Both the position numbers and the translations under genes were made by a program. Shown in pieces: positions 36,645-47,553 of a DNA stretch of 64,000 bases (the stretch's first letter is position 1; each line of letters starts with the position of its first letter). The notes beneath the pieces were generated by a model. That model searched no databases. It was not told the origin of the DNA and was given only the letters and a program-made list of their open reading frames with translations. Origin of the DNA: Gemmatimonadales bacterium (GTDB lineage: Bacteria; Gemmatimonadota; Gemmatimonadetes; Gemmatimonadales; GWC2-71-9); assembly GCA_037189525.1 (NCBI GenBank), contig JBBCJC010000002.1, positions 160,001 through 224,000 on the forward strand, written 5' to 3'.

Positions 36645-38315
36645 GTGGGGCTCACCTGGATTGCCGCCCTGTTACTGCTGCAGGAGCCGATCGACCTTCG
36701 CCGGCTGGTGGAGCCGGGTGACACGCCGGCCGAGCGGCGGGGCGTAGCTGCGCAAGCCTCCTTCGAGCGGGACCGACGATTTCGCCTGCCGGCGACCGGG
36801 GGCGGCGGCGGACGCTGCGACGAGCGAATCGGCCGCTTCTGTTACTGGTACGACGACCGGGATACCACACTTCCCTCGGAATCGCTCTCGCTGCTCGAAC
36901 GGCGGATGCGGTTGCTGAGCACGCTCCGCGAGACGACCGCCGAGCAGCCGGAAAGCATCTGGTTGTCGGGCCAGCTGGTCCGGTATCTGGTCGAGCATGG
37001 CGAACGGGATTCCGCGCTGGCCGCTGCTGCCAGATGCGGCGCCAGCGCCTGGTGGTGCGAGGCCATCCGCGGCTTCGCGCTGCACGTGTTCGAACGTGAC
37101 GAGGACGCCGACGCCGCCTTCCGCCGGGCAATTGGCGCCATGCCCGGCACACTCCGCTGCGACTGGACCGACTGGACCAAGGTGTTGGAACCGGCCTTGG
37201 CAGCCCGTTTCGAAGCGCTCGACTGCGATGCCCGCCTGGCGCTGGGCGATACCGTCCTCTGGCTGGCCAAGCCGTTGCTGAGCCGTCCGGGAAACGTGAT
37301 CCGGTCCGAGCTCCTGTCGCGACGGGTGGTCGCGGCGTTAGGCGGTGTGAGCCGGTCGCCCTACGCGATTGCCTGGGGACGGGACATGGAGGAACTGGTG
37401 CTCCGCTACGGCTGGTCGCGCCGGTTCTCGATCGTGGACCATCGCTTCCGATCGCCCGAAGGGCCATCGGTCGTCGGCCATCAGCGCGCGCCGGCCTATC
37501 CGTTTCTTCCGGATCTCGCCCGCGAGGACGACGACCCTCCCTGGATCGATGTGCTGGAGGCGGACCGCCCGCGTTCCCGCTTCAGTCCCGGTTACATCGA
37601 CCGGTTCGAATCGACCGATGCGTTCCAGCTGGCCCGGTTTCCCCGCGGCGATTCCTCGATCGTAGTCGGATCCATCGACCCCGGGACCAAGTTCGGTCGA
37701 AGTGGCCCGTTCGACATCGCCCTGGCCGTCGGAGCGGGGCCCGATGACGTCGCAGTCGATCGGCGAGACTCGACCACGAGTCTGTCCGGCCTCCGGGTCG
37801 CCATCGCGGGAGAGGTCCTGGCCGCCAGCATCGAACTCGCCGGCCTGGGCGGACGCCAGTATCTCCGGGGCCGAGCGTATCTTGCTCCCATCGACCGCAG
37901 CGCCCCGATCATCCTGTCCGACCTGTTACTCTTTGCCCCCGGCGATGAGCTGCCGACGACCCTCGAGGCGGCGGCGACCACTGCCTTGCCCAGCAACCAG
38001 GTGTCGCGCCGGACTCCGGTCGGGATCTACTGGGAAACCACCAGCGCCGCCAGCGACTCGGTCATCGTGGCTGTCTCCGTCTCTCCGGTCCGCCGCGGTT
38101 TGCTGGGGCGACTGGGCCAGGGCCTCAGCGTGGTACGAAAGGACGCTCCGATCACGCTCGAATGGACCGGCTCGCCGTCGGCCGGCGCCACCGTGGGACG
38201 GGCCTTCGAACTCGACCTCGAGCGACTGGGGCCGGGCCGCTACCTGATCGTCCTCGAAATTCGGAGCGGCGCCGAGTCCGCCACGACACACCGGGCCGTC
38301 CGGCTGACCCACTGA
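36645..38315 (+). CDS. Hypothetical exported protein (C-terminus resembles GWxTD-associated proteins)
   Basis: GGAGGAG SD with GTG start; RYGW, LSDLLL, GIYWE and LDLERLGPGRY. Confidence 0.7.
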   Translation: MGLTWIAALLLLQEPIDLRRLVEPGDTPAERRGVAAQASFERDRRFRLPATGGGGGRCDERIGRFCYWYDDRDTTLPSESLSLLERRMRLLSTLRETTAEQPESIWLSGQLVRYLVEHGERDSALAAAARCGASAWWCEAIRGFALHVFERDEDADAAFRRAIGAMPGTLRCDWTDWTKVLEPALAARFEALDCDARLALGDTVLWLAKPLLSRPGNVIRSELLSRRVVAALGGVSRSPYAIAWGRDMEELVLRYGWSRRFSIVDHRFRSPEGPSVVGHQRAPAYPFLPDLAREDDDPPWIDVLEADRPRSRFSPGYIDRFESTDAFQLARFPRGDSSIVVGSIDPGTKFGRSGPFDIALAVGAGPDDVAVDRRDSTTSLSGLRVAIAGEVLAASIELAGLGGRQYLRGRAYLAPIDRSAPIILSDLLLFAPGDELPTTLEAAATTALPSNQVSRRTPVGIYWETTSAASDSVIVAVSVSPVRRGLLGRLGQGLSVVRKDAPITLEWTGSPSAGATVGRAFELDLERLGPGRYLIVLEIRSGAESATTHRAVRLTH

Positions 38316-38443
38316 CGCGTTCGGCGCCAGCGCGTCCGGCCGCGACCCTAACGCCCGCCGGCCGGGATGATATCTTGAATCAGCACGTGCCGGATCGTGT
38401 CCCGGAGTCTGCCTCAACCCAAGCCCGTCGTCCCGGAGTCATC

Positions 38444-39865
38444 GTGTTCTCGAAACCGATTGCGGTTGCCGCCGCACTGTTGTTGACCATTGCTCGCCCC
38501 TCCCTGGCCCAGTTGCCGTCCGATACGGCCGCGCAGGTCGATCGGATCTTTGCCGCCATGAATCGGACCGACACGCCGGGGTGCGTGCTCGGTGTCGACC
38601 GCAACGGCAACGAGCTCTATCGCAAGGGGTACGGCATGGCGAGCATCGAGCTCGGCGCGCCGCTCACCCCGTTCTCGGTGCTCGAATCCGGTTCGGTCGC
38701 GAAGCAGTTCACCGCCGGTGTCATCAACAAGCTTGCACTCGAGGGCAAGCTCGACCTGGACGCCCCGGTCCGGACATATATCCCCGAGCTGCCCGACTAC
38801 GGCGCGCCGGTCACGGTCCGGATGCTGATTCACCATACCAGCGGGATCCGTGACATGTGGACCCTGTTCAATCTCTCGGGTGAAACCGTCGGCGAGAATC
38901 TCTTCACGATGGATCGGTCCCTGGCGATGATCTATCGCCAGCGTGAACTGAACTTTCCGCCGAACTCCCAGTTTCTCTACAGTAATTCCGGCTACCTGCT
39001 GCTGGCCGACCTGGTCCAGCGGGTGACCGGACGGACGCTGGATGAGTATTCGTCCACGGAAATCTTCCAGCCGCTGGGCATGACCCGCACCCGCTGGCGC
39101 AGCGACTGGAACCGGGTCGTGGCCGGCCGCGCCGGCGCGTACGAACCGGTCGACGGCGGCTTTGCCATTGCCGCGCCGTTCATGCACGTCTACGGAGCCG
39201 GCGGCCTCCTGACCACCGTCGGCGACCTGCTGATCTGGAACCGTGAAATGGATCGAGGCAGCGTGGCGGGTCCGCGGTGGATCGAAGCGATGCACGCCAA
39301 GCAGAAGCTGACCACCGGCACGGAAATCGACTACTCCTCGGGGTTGATGATCGGCACCCATCGCGGTCAGCGCGAAGTCCAGCACAGCGGAGCAACCGGC
39401 GGGTACCGGACCTTCCTGGCGCGCTATCCCGATGCGAACCTGTCGATCGCGGTCCTCTGCAACGTGGCCAACGCCAATCCGGTCGCGCTCGGTCGGCAGG
39501 TTGCCGGCGTGCTGCTCCGGCTTCCGGAGCAGGCGGCCCAGGCGCAGCAGGGCGGCGGCCCCGGACAAGGCCGGCCGGCCGCCGCAGGCGAGGGCAGGAT
39601 CACGACCGCGCTCGCGACCTTTGCCGGTTCCTATTACAGCGACGAACTCGACGCGACCTATCTGGTCACCGTTCAGGACACTGCCCTTGCCATTCAGGTG
39701 CGGGGCGGACCGAAGATGACACTGACACGGTCGGCCGACGACACCTTCGTTCGGCGCGGCGCCGGTTCACTCCGCTTTACCAAAGGGCGCAACGGCCGGA
39801 TCGACGGATTCGTGATGTCGGCCGGACGGGTACAGAACCTCAAATTCATCAAGAGGACGTCATGA
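38444..39865 (+). CDS. Serine hydrolase (S12/AmpC-like beta-lactamase family)
   Basis: GSVAKQF (SxxK), LIHHTSGIRD, YSNSGY and HSG; signal peptide. Confidence 0.92.
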   Translation: MFSKPIAVAAALLLTIARPSLAQLPSDTAAQVDRIFAAMNRTDTPGCVLGVDRNGNELYRKGYGMASIELGAPLTPFSVLESGSVAKQFTAGVINKLALEGKLDLDAPVRTYIPELPDYGAPVTVRMLIHHTSGIRDMWTLFNLSGETVGENLFTMDRSLAMIYRQRELNFPPNSQFLYSNSGYLLLADLVQRVTGRTLDEYSSTEIFQPLGMTRTRWRSDWNRVVAGRAGAYEPVDGGFAIAAPFMHVYGAGGLLTTVGDLLIWNREMDRGSVAGPRWIEAMHAKQKLTTGTEIDYSSGLMIGTHRGQREVQHSGATGGYRTFLARYPDANLSIAVLCNVANANPVALGRQVAGVLLRLPEQAAQAQQGGGPGQGRPAAAGEGRITTALATFAGSYYSDELDATYLVTVQDTALAIQVRGGPKMTLTRSADDTFVRRGAGSLRFTKGRNGRIDGFVMSAGRVQNLKFIKRTS

Positions 39866-40398
39866 CCGCTCCGCGTTACGATCGCCCGGAGGCAGACGAG
39901 TACGCGCCGTTCTACGAGCGCTATGTCGCCCAGGTCGGCAGCGGCGACCTGGCCTTCCTCCTGGGCGGTCAGATGACGGAGGTCAATGCCCTGCTGCAAG
40001 ACGTTTCGGAGGAGCGGGCCGCCACCGCCTACGCACCTGGCAAGTGGACCATCAAGGAAGTGCTCGGTCACCTGATCGACGCCGAGCGAGTGTTCAGCTA
40101 TCGGGCGCTCAGTTTCGCCCGGCTCGACCCGAACCCGTTGCCCAGCTTCGACGAAAATGCCTGGGTACCTGCCGGCCACTTCAATGCACGGCTCTTCGTG
40201 ACGCTGGTCGACGAGTGGCTCACGGTGCGAAACGCGACCACGACCCTGTTCACCGGACTGCCTGACGACGCGCCCACCCGCCGCGGCACGGCGAGCGGGC
40301 ACGAGATCTCCGTCCGCGCCCTGGGCTACATCATCTATGGGCATGTCGCCCACCACCTCGACATCCTCAGAACCCGCTATTTGAGCCCGTCCGCCTGA
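39862..40398 (+). CDS. DinB/DUF664-like protein
   Basis: EYAPFYERY, YAPGKWTIKEVLGHLIDAERVF and GHVAHH. Confidence 0.9.
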   Translation: MTAPRYDRPEADEYAPFYERYVAQVGSGDLAFLLGGQMTEVNALLQDVSEERAATAYAPGKWTIKEVLGHLIDAERVFSYRALSFARLDPNPLPSFDENAWVPAGHFNARLFVTLVDEWLTVRNATTTLFTGLPDDAPTRRGTASGHEISVRALGYIIYGHVAHHLDILRTRYLSPSA

Positions 40399-40415
40399 CC
40401 CTGCGGCGAATGGGG

Positions 40416-40452
40416 AGCGGGCCGGTCACGGTTATGTGACCGGCCCGCTTTT
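40416..40452 (+). terminator. Rho-independent terminator
   Basis: AGCGGGCCGGTCAC / GTGACCGGCCCGCT stem followed by a short T-run. Confidence 0.75.
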
Positions 40453-40508
40453 GGTTCCGATTTCGGCCTTCGTGGCCTATCATTGAGGGGTCTCCTTCCC
40501 TGGATGTC

Positions 40509-42101
40509 ATGCAGCGTCTGCGCCGGATCAGTCGTCTGGCCCTCTCGATAGTTGCCGGTACCGCCCTTCAGGCCTGTACCCCTTCTCAGTCGGTTCCCGC
40601 ACCGGCGGTACGACCCAGCCTGGTCGTGTTCATCACCGTCGATCAGATGCAGCCCTCGTACTTTACCCGCTACGCATCGCAATTGCAGGGCGGATTTACG
40701 CGGCTGCTCGAGGGCGGAGCCGTCTTTACCAATGCCCATCACGATCACGGTATCACCGAGACGGCGCCGGGACATGCCAGCCTGATGTCGGGGCGCTTTC
40801 CGCGCAGTACGGGGATTACCCGAAACCTCCGCGGCGTCAACGATACCAGTGTTCGTCTGATCGGGGCCCGCGATCTGGCCGCGTCGCCGTTCCGCTTCCG
40901 CGGCACGACCCTGACCGACTGGATCACGGCCGTCGAGCCCGACATGCGCGTCCTGTCCGTCTCGGCCAAAGATCGTGGTGCGATTCTCCCGATCGGGCGC
41001 TCGCGGCAGAACGTGTACTGGTTTGCCAACAACGGCATCTTCACGACCAGTACCTGGTATCGCGACACACTGCCGTCCTGGGTGCGCGCCTTCAATGCCC
41101 GCCGGATTCCGCAGAGCTACCTGGGCAAGGCGTGGATGCCGCTACTCGATCGCTCGGCGTATCCGGAGCCGGACACCGTGATGTTCGAGTTCCCCACCAC
41201 CAAGGAATTCGCGTTCCCGCACTGGATTCCTGCGCACGACACGGTGGTGGCGATGAACCTCTACCGTTATTCGCCACTGATGGACGAGATCACCGCGGCC
41301 TTTGCGCTCGAAGGCCTCCGGAACCTCGACATCGGCCGCGGACCGACAACCGATATCCTGGCGGTTTCGTTCTCGGCAACCGACTATGTCGGCCACCGGT
41401 ACGGTCCGGAATCGGTGGAACAGCGAGATCAGATCATTCGTCTCGATCGAGTCCTGGGCGCGTTCATCGACACGCTGTACCAACTCCGCGATTCGAGCCG
41501 CATCATCTTTGCACTGAGCGCAGATCACGGCGGCAGTCCGATTCCCGAACTGCACGGCCGTGTGCGCGTCCGTATTCGGCCCGCCATGGCCGCGGCCCGA
41601 GCGGTGGTGGCCCAGGCCGGGGGCGACACGACGGCCCTCGATGTCGAAAGCGGCGCGTTCTTCGTCGATTCGGTGAAACTCGGCACCAACGCCATTTCGG
41701 TGGATTCGATCGTGGCCGCCTTCATGGCCGCCGCCATCAAGATTCCGGGTGTCGAACGGGTCGATCGGTTCCGTGATCTGCGGCAGCGCAATCTCGAGCG
41801 CGATTACGTAGCCCGCAGATGGCTCCAGATGTTCCCCGCCGATATGGAACCCGCGGCCGTCGTCACCCTCGGCCGAGGAAACATGTATGACTACGGCGTG
41901 GCCGCTACGCACGGATCGCCGCACATGCAGGATTCCCACGTTCCGATGATCTTCTACGGGCCGCCCTTCGTGCCTGGGCGGTACAACCAGTTCGTCCGGA
42001 CCGTCGACATCGGTCCGACCCTGGCGCGCGCGCTCGGCGTGACACCGACCGAGCCGCTGGACGGTCGCCCGCTCACCGACGCACTGCGACGGGCGCGATA
42101 G
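40509..42101 (+). CDS. Alkaline phosphatase superfamily protein (PafA-like, Thr nucleophile), lipoprotein
   Basis: TVDQM, TETAPGHA, KDRGAI, DYVGH.YGP, SADHG and HGSP. Confidence 0.9.
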   Translation: MQRLRRISRLALSIVAGTALQACTPSQSVPAPAVRPSLVVFITVDQMQPSYFTRYASQLQGGFTRLLEGGAVFTNAHHDHGITETAPGHASLMSGRFPRSTGITRNLRGVNDTSVRLIGARDLAASPFRFRGTTLTDWITAVEPDMRVLSVSAKDRGAILPIGRSRQNVYWFANNGIFTTSTWYRDTLPSWVRAFNARRIPQSYLGKAWMPLLDRSAYPEPDTVMFEFPTTKEFAFPHWIPAHDTVVAMNLYRYSPLMDEITAAFALEGLRNLDIGRGPTTDILAVSFSATDYVGHRYGPESVEQRDQIIRLDRVLGAFIDTLYQLRDSSRIIFALSADHGGSPIPELHGRVRVRIRPAMAAARAVVAQAGGDTTALDVESGAFFVDSVKLGTNAISVDSIVAAFMAAAIKIPGVERVDRFRDLRQRNLERDYVARRWLQMFPADMEPAAVVTLGRGNMYDYGVAATHGSPHMQDSHVPMIFYGPPFVPGRYNQFVRTVDIGPTLARALGVTPTEPLDGRPLTDALRRAR

Positions 42102-42127
42102 CCTCCCACTCTTCACCTCCGCGATCC

Positions 42128-43642
42128 ATGAACCGTCTCTGCGTACTGCTGGCCCTTCTGGTTCCTTCTCTCGCCGCTGCCCAGGCGCGTGCTCCCGAGC
42201 ATGGAGCGCGTCCCGCTGGACGTCTGGCCATTCGAAATGCGCTGGTGGTCCAGGGTAACGGCACGCCGGCGGAAGGTCCGTACGACATCGTGGTCGAGGG
42301 TAGCCGGATCGTCGACATGGTACCGCTCGATCCGGTGGCCTTGAGCCGCGGGTCTGCCCGGCGGCCAGCTGCGGATCGGGAAATCGACGCGACGGGCAAA
42401 TATGTGTTGCCCGGGCTCATCAACCTGCACGGCCATCTGCAGGACGAGCGGGGCGGAATTCCGCAACCGTTCGCCTATCAGCTCAAGCTCTGGCTCGCAT
42501 CCGGCGTCACCACGGTGCGCGACGTCAGCTCGGGCGGGAATCTGGCCCAGTTCCGTACGCTCAAGGAACAGAGCGCCGCCGGCCAACTCGAGGCCCCGCG
42601 TCTCGTCCTCTACTCGGGCTACACCCGCGGCCCGGCGATTCGGACGGTCGAGCAGGCGCGCGCCCGGGTGCGCGAGGTCAAGGCGGGCGGCGCGGACGGG
42701 ATCAAGATCGGCGGGATGGAGCGCGATCTGATGGCGGCCATGCAGGAGGAGGCCCGCAAGGTGGGCTTGCCGATTGCGCATCACGTCGGCGTCGAAGAAA
42801 CCACCGCGTGGGACGACATCAACATGGGCACCCGCAGCATCGAGCACTGGTATGGCGTGCCGGATGCGGCATTTGCGGACGGGGTCCAGCATTTCCCGTC
42901 GAGCTACAACTACAACGACGAAGTCGACCGGTTCCGCTACGCCGGCCGGATCTGGCGCGAAGCGGATCAGACCAAGCTGGGCCAGGTGCTCCAGGCCATG
43001 GTCGACAGCAACGTGGCGTGGAACCCCACGCTCGTCATCTACGAAGCAAGCAGAGATCTCCAGCGGGCGCAGACCCAACCCTGGTTCAAGGACTACCTCC
43101 ACCCCACGCTGGATGAGTACTTCCGCCCCAACCCAGCCAATCACGGCTCCTACTTCATCGGCTGGTCGTCGACCGACGAGGCGTATTGGAAGGAGAACTA
43201 TCGGATCTGGATGCAGGCCCTCCGCGACTTCGGCCGGCGCGGCGGTCTGATCGGGGTGGGCGAGGACGCCGGCTTCATCTACCAGATGTACGGCTTCGGC
43301 GTGATCCGCGAAATGGAGCTGCACCAGGAAGCGGGCTTCCATCCGCTCAAAGTGATTCAGCACGCCACCGCCAACAATGCCAAGATCATGGGCCGGGAGT
43401 CGGAACTCGGCCGAGTGCGCGTCGGGTATCTCGCCGACCTGATCGTGGTCAACGGCAACCCGCTCGAAGATCTGAAGGTGCTCTATCCCACCGGCACGAC
43501 GGCCATCATCGACGGCAAGGAAGTGCCAGCCGGCGGCATCGAGTGGACCGTCAAAGACGGCATTCCATACCACGGGCCGCGCCTGATGCGCGAGGTGAAG
43601 GAGCTGGTGGCCCAGGCACGAGCGGCTACGACCAAGCGATAA
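42128..43642 (+). CDS. Amidohydrolase family protein, exported
   Basis: PGLINLHGH, GVTTVRD, SIEHWYG and G.VRVGYLADLIVV.GNPL. Confidence 0.9.
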   Translation: MNRLCVLLALLVPSLAAAQARAPEHGARPAGRLAIRNALVVQGNGTPAEGPYDIVVEGSRIVDMVPLDPVALSRGSARRPAADREIDATGKYVLPGLINLHGHLQDERGGIPQPFAYQLKLWLASGVTTVRDVSSGGNLAQFRTLKEQSAAGQLEAPRLVLYSGYTRGPAIRTVEQARARVREVKAGGADGIKIGGMERDLMAAMQEEARKVGLPIAHHVGVEETTAWDDINMGTRSIEHWYGVPDAAFADGVQHFPSSYNYNDEVDRFRYAGRIWREADQTKLGQVLQAMVDSNVAWNPTLVIYEASRDLQRAQTQPWFKDYLHPTLDEYFRPNPANHGSYFIGWSSTDEAYWKENYRIWMQALRDFGRRGGLIGVGEDAGFIYQMYGFGVIREMELHQEAGFHPLKVIQHATANNAKIMGRESELGRVRVGYLADLIVVNGNPLEDLKVLYPTGTTAIIDGKEVPAGGIEWTVKDGIPYHGPRLMREVKELVAQARAATTKR

Positions 43643-43684
43643 CCCCGCCTGCACCGCGATCCGGAGCCCTACTCCGGATCGCGG

Positions 43685-44566
43685 CTACTTGAGGAACGCG
43701 AGCAGTTCGGCGGCGGTTGCCCCCGGCAGTTCCTCGGCCAGATAGTGGCCGCACTCCAGCGCCCGCCCGGTTACCGACGTTGCGTGTTCCCGCCAGTCAT
43801 CGAGTGGTTCGAAGCAGGTTTCCACCACGCCATGCTTGCCCCAGAGCACCAACAGTGGTGCGCGAATCCGCCGACCGAGATCGGCTTCATCGTGTTCGAG
43901 ATCGATGGTAGCAGCGGCGCGATAATCTTCGCAGCTGGCGTATATCGTGGCCGGGTTCCGAAACGCGCGGAGATACTGGGACAGGGCTTCGGGGTCGAAG
44001 GCCGCCAATCCGCCGTGCCGGCTCCCGAGATGGCGGGTCAGGAAGAAATCCGGATCGGCGCCGATCAGCCGCTCCGGCAGCGGCGCCGGCTGAATCAGGA
44101 AAAACCAGTGGTAATAGGCCTCGGCAAAGCGCCGATCGGTGCTGCGGTACATCGTCAGCGTGGGCACCACATCAAGCACCGACCAGCGGCGAATCCGGCT
44201 TTCATGGTCGAGCAGCATCCGGTGCGCCACCCGGGCACCGCGATCGTGTCCCACCACGTCGAACTTCTCGTAGCCGAGCGATCCCATGACCCGGACCTGG
44301 TCGGCGGCCATTTCCCGCTTGGAATAGGCCCAGTGCGGCGGCGACACCCCGCCATCCGGCTTGCCGCTGGCCCCGTATCCACGCAGGTCGGTCGCGACGA
44401 CGGTAAAGTGCTCCGCGAGCTGCGGCGCCACCTTGTGCCACATCGCATGGGTCTGCGGATATCCGTGCAGCAGGAGCAGCGGCGGCCCGGAGCCCCCGAC
44501 CACTCCATGAATCACCACGTCACCGACGTCGAACCAGCGCGGTTCGAATCCGGGGAAAAGCATCAT
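43685..44566 (-). CDS. Alpha/beta hydrolase, haloacetate (fluoroacetate) dehalogenase type
   Basis: LLHGYPQTH, YSKREMA.D, GHDRGARV (Asp nucleophile with Arg-Arg), YYHWFF and CEDYRA. Confidence 0.9.
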   Translation of the reverse strand: MMLFPGFEPRWFDVGDVVIHGVVGGSGPPLLLLHGYPQTHAMWHKVAPQLAEHFTVVATDLRGYGASGKPDGGVSPPHWAYSKREMAADQVRVMGSLGYEKFDVVGHDRGARVAHRMLLDHESRIRRWSVLDVVPTLTMYRSTDRRFAEAYYHWFFLIQPAPLPERLIGADPDFFLTRHLGSRHGGLAAFDPEALSQYLRAFRNPATIYASCEDYRAAATIDLEHDEADLGRRIRAPLLVLWGKHGVVETCFEPLDDWREHATSVTGRALECGHYLAEELPGATAAELLAFLK

Positions 44567-44753
44567 GTCGACAGTCCTCGATCGACCCTATTCCGCCGAT
44601 CCGCCCCTGCGGATCGCGGCCCGACAGCCAGCCTAACGACATTGCGCCGCGCCCGCCAGGTGTAACACGGGGGCAGTGGCAGCCCCAGAGCCACCCTGCC
44701 CCCGCAAGAATGTCGCCGCGCCCAGGCCTCGGGCGCGACGCCATTGGTCCAGC

Positions 44754-47369
44754 CTAACGCCGCGGATCGAAGATCTGTTCGATCTGCGCCAAGGCATCCT
44801 CCAGGTGCGCCCGGGTCGCCCGATCGGCCGTCCGCGGTAAAGCGCGGCGGATGGCGCCCTCGAGCGTCCGAAGCTCGGCGCCGAACGCGGACCGGATGTC
44901 GCTGGTTGCGCGCGCGGGCGCAAACTGCTGAGCAAAGACCGCCGGCAGCCCGGCCGGAAGCTGTACCGGCTGCGGATGGATCTTGTTGCGCGCCTGCGTC
45001 AGGTAACTCCGCTGCAGCTCGCGGCGGAAGGCGTCGATCGACACCGACCCGGAGGACAGTTCGCTCCAGACCCCGCCCCGTACGTCGGCCAGCATCTCGG
45101 TCAGCGCATAGGCGTCACGCGGCGACGAGGCCAGGGCTTCGAACTCGACCACCCGCTCCAGACGCCGATCGTTGAACAGCGCAGCGAGCACGCCGGCCTG
45201 CGCCGCATTGATACGCCGGAGCGCGCCCTCGACCTCGATGTTGCGGAGCACATCGTCGACCAGGAAGAAGGTCGGCGTGGCAAAGGCATTGGCATTGAGG
45301 AACTGTACCGCTTCCCGCTGCCGGGATCGCGACCAGGGCTTATAGCGATGATCGGCGTTCTGGCCGCCATAGGCCTCCTGCGCATCGGCGCCGCCAACCA
45401 TGATGGCCACGTGCCGCAACTCGGTGGCCCACTGCCCAATCAGACGATCGTAGAGCAAGCGCAGGTCATCGTAGTCCTGTCCGGGCCGTACCGCGGCCGG
45501 AATCAGCAGCGGGACGATCTGCTTGATGCTCTTGATGCCCCACCCGGTCGCCTTGACGGGATCGGCATCACCGACGGCCTCGCTGTGGTCGCCCGGATCG
45601 GCGCCGCGCGAATCCGACATATTGAACCGGTACCACGGAATCGAATCCTGCTCCCGCGACCAGCGATCCAGCGTCGGCCACTCATCATCCGGCGTCCTGG
45701 CCGACGCGATCGGCGTGTAGCCCCAGCGCGTGATGTAGAGATCCCACGGGCCGATCTTCGGCACCAGATCCTCGAGCGGGATCTTGTCCTCCGGCTGCGC
45801 CACATAATTGAACCGGGAGTAATCCATGATCGACGGCGAGTGTCCCATCCGCCGGATCCAGCTCGCGCTGCGCAGCGAGTCGACCGGATAGGTGGAGCTG
45901 CCCTTCTGATCGTGCTGGTAGCCCAGCGTATGCCCCACCTCGTGCGCCACCACGAACTCCACCAGACGACCCATCAGCGAGTCCGGATACGGCCACATCC
46001 GCGCCCGCGGGTCGAGATGCGCAACCTGCGAGAAGTACCAGGTCCGCTGCAGCGTCATGATGTTGTGATACATGTAAATGTCGGACTCGAGAATTTCACC
46101 GGTCCGCGGGTCGTGTACGTTGGGACCCTGGGCATTCTCGATCGTCGACGGCAGCCAGCGCACCACCGAGTAACGCGCATCCTCCGGCGCCCAATCCGGA
46201 TCTTCCGCGGGCGTCGGCGCGTCCTTGGCGACGATGGCGCGCCGGAACCCGGCCGCCTCGAACGCCACCTGCCACTGCTCCACTCCACGCCGGACGTACG
46301 GCTTGAGCCAGTCGGGGGTCGCGGGATCGATGTAGTACGTGATCGGCTTGACCGGTTCCGACATCGCCGCGTTAGGATCTTTCTTCTCGAGCCGCCAGCG
46401 CACCAGGTACTCGCGCGTCTGCGACCGCTGCTCCGGACGACCGTAGTCGATCTGCTGCAGGGTAAAGAAACCGATCCGCTTATCGGCGAGCCGAGGCATC
46501 ATCGGGTTCTCGGGCAGCTTGACCATGCTCCAGTACATGCTCACCGACGCCGTTCCGGTGGCGGCCGGCGCAAACGGATTGGCCGGCGCCGCGCCCGGCA
46601 GCTGCGGAGGCGGCGGAAAGGTGATGGTCGCCTGGACGTCGACGTTGGTCGGGAAGGCCAGCACCCGTTCGATGAACGAGCGATTCGGATCGGGCGTGCC
46701 GCGATACTGAGGCGCCCCCGGCCCGAACTCCGGCGGCGGCGCGGTGTACAGCCGCGAGACATCGACCACCGGCGCGCTGTCCGGACCGAACGCTTCGATG
46801 TTGAACGCGGCGACCACGACGTCGTTGTTGGAGTTGCGCACCGCCTGGTACATCGGATTCAGCGAATCGGCGACCGTCGCATACGACACCGAACGGAGCA
46901 GGACGCGATTGTCCCGCTGCTCCCAGCGCAGCACATAGGATCGGCCGAGTTGCTGGCCGCCGTAGCCGACGTTGAGGGGCGTCCGGGCCGCGCGGCTCAC
47001 CAGCAACAGCTCCTGGCCCAGCTCACGGCGCGGAATCTCGAAGTAGAGCCGGCTCCCGACCCGGTGAGTCTTGAAGAGACCATCACGGGTGGTGGCCTGC
47101 GGGGTAATGACGGAGCGGTACGGCCGAGGAGCCGGATCGCCACCGGGCGGCTGCGGAGCGGCCCGCCGGGTCGTGTCCTGCCCCGGGGCTGGAGCGGCAG
47201 CAGCCTGATTCGGACGCCCTGCCTGCTGGTTCGGTGTCGGGACCGCCGCCGGCGCGGCGGGACGACACGCGGCCCCCAGCACGACCGTCGCCACCAGGGC
47301 CATCATGGCCCCCGGGACGGATGGCAGGGACCGAGCTTTGGGACGATCGACGTCGGTTGGTACAATCAT
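44754..47369 (-). CDS. Zinc-dependent metalloprotease (DUF5117/DUF5118/DUF4953 architecture), lipoprotein
   Basis: HEVGHTLG..H zincin motif, SIMDY Met-turn, DPRTGEI; lipobox GAAC. Confidence 0.92.
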   Translation of the reverse strand: MIVPTDVDRPKARSLPSVPGAMMALVATVVLGAACRPAAPAAVPTPNQQAGRPNQAAAAPAPGQDTTRRAAPQPPGGDPAPRPYRSVITPQATTRDGLFKTHRVGSRLYFEIPRRELGQELLLVSRAARTPLNVGYGGQQLGRSYVLRWEQRDNRVLLRSVSYATVADSLNPMYQAVRNSNNDVVVAAFNIEAFGPDSAPVVDVSRLYTAPPPEFGPGAPQYRGTPDPNRSFIERVLAFPTNVDVQATITFPPPPQLPGAAPANPFAPAATGTASVSMYWSMVKLPENPMMPRLADKRIGFFTLQQIDYGRPEQRSQTREYLVRWRLEKKDPNAAMSEPVKPITYYIDPATPDWLKPYVRRGVEQWQVAFEAAGFRRAIVAKDAPTPAEDPDWAPEDARYSVVRWLPSTIENAQGPNVHDPRTGEILESDIYMYHNIMTLQRTWYFSQVAHLDPRARMWPYPDSLMGRLVEFVVAHEVGHTLGYQHDQKGSSTYPVDSLRSASWIRRMGHSPSIMDYSRFNYVAQPEDKIPLEDLVPKIGPWDLYITRWGYTPIASARTPDDEWPTLDRWSREQDSIPWYRFNMSDSRGADPGDHSEAVGDADPVKATGWGIKSIKQIVPLLIPAAVRPGQDYDDLRLLYDRLIGQWATELRHVAIMVGGADAQEAYGGQNADHRYKPWSRSRQREAVQFLNANAFATPTFFLVDDVLRNIEVEGALRRINAAQAGVLAALFNDRRLERVVEFEALASSPRDAYALTEMLADVRGGVWSELSSGSVSIDAFRRELQRSYLTQARNKIHPQPVQLPAGLPAVFAQQFAPARATSDIRSAFGAELRTLEGAIRRALPRTADRATRAHLEDALAQIEQIFDPRR

Positions 47370-47553
47370 GGAGATACCTCGGCGGCAAACCCGCGAAAAC
47401 GAGCAAATTGTGACGGAGATCCCGGTCGGGATGGATTGAGACCGGACCATCTGAATTATACGCTTCGGTGTGCAGAAATGTTGAGCCACCCGGCGCCAAC
47501 GCCGCTCGAGGCGGTATCTTGCCCCGTAACGACCGCCAGGACAGTCTCCTGCC

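Noticed and set aside
38320..38370. GCCAGCGCGTC as a third copy of the hairpin element
   Set aside because: Only 11 nt match; the second core arm and the long outer stem are missing.
44640..44750. GC-rich hairpins between the metalloprotease and dehalogenase genes
   Set aside because: The stems are imperfect, lack a U-tract and have no second copy; this is expected by chance at this GC content.
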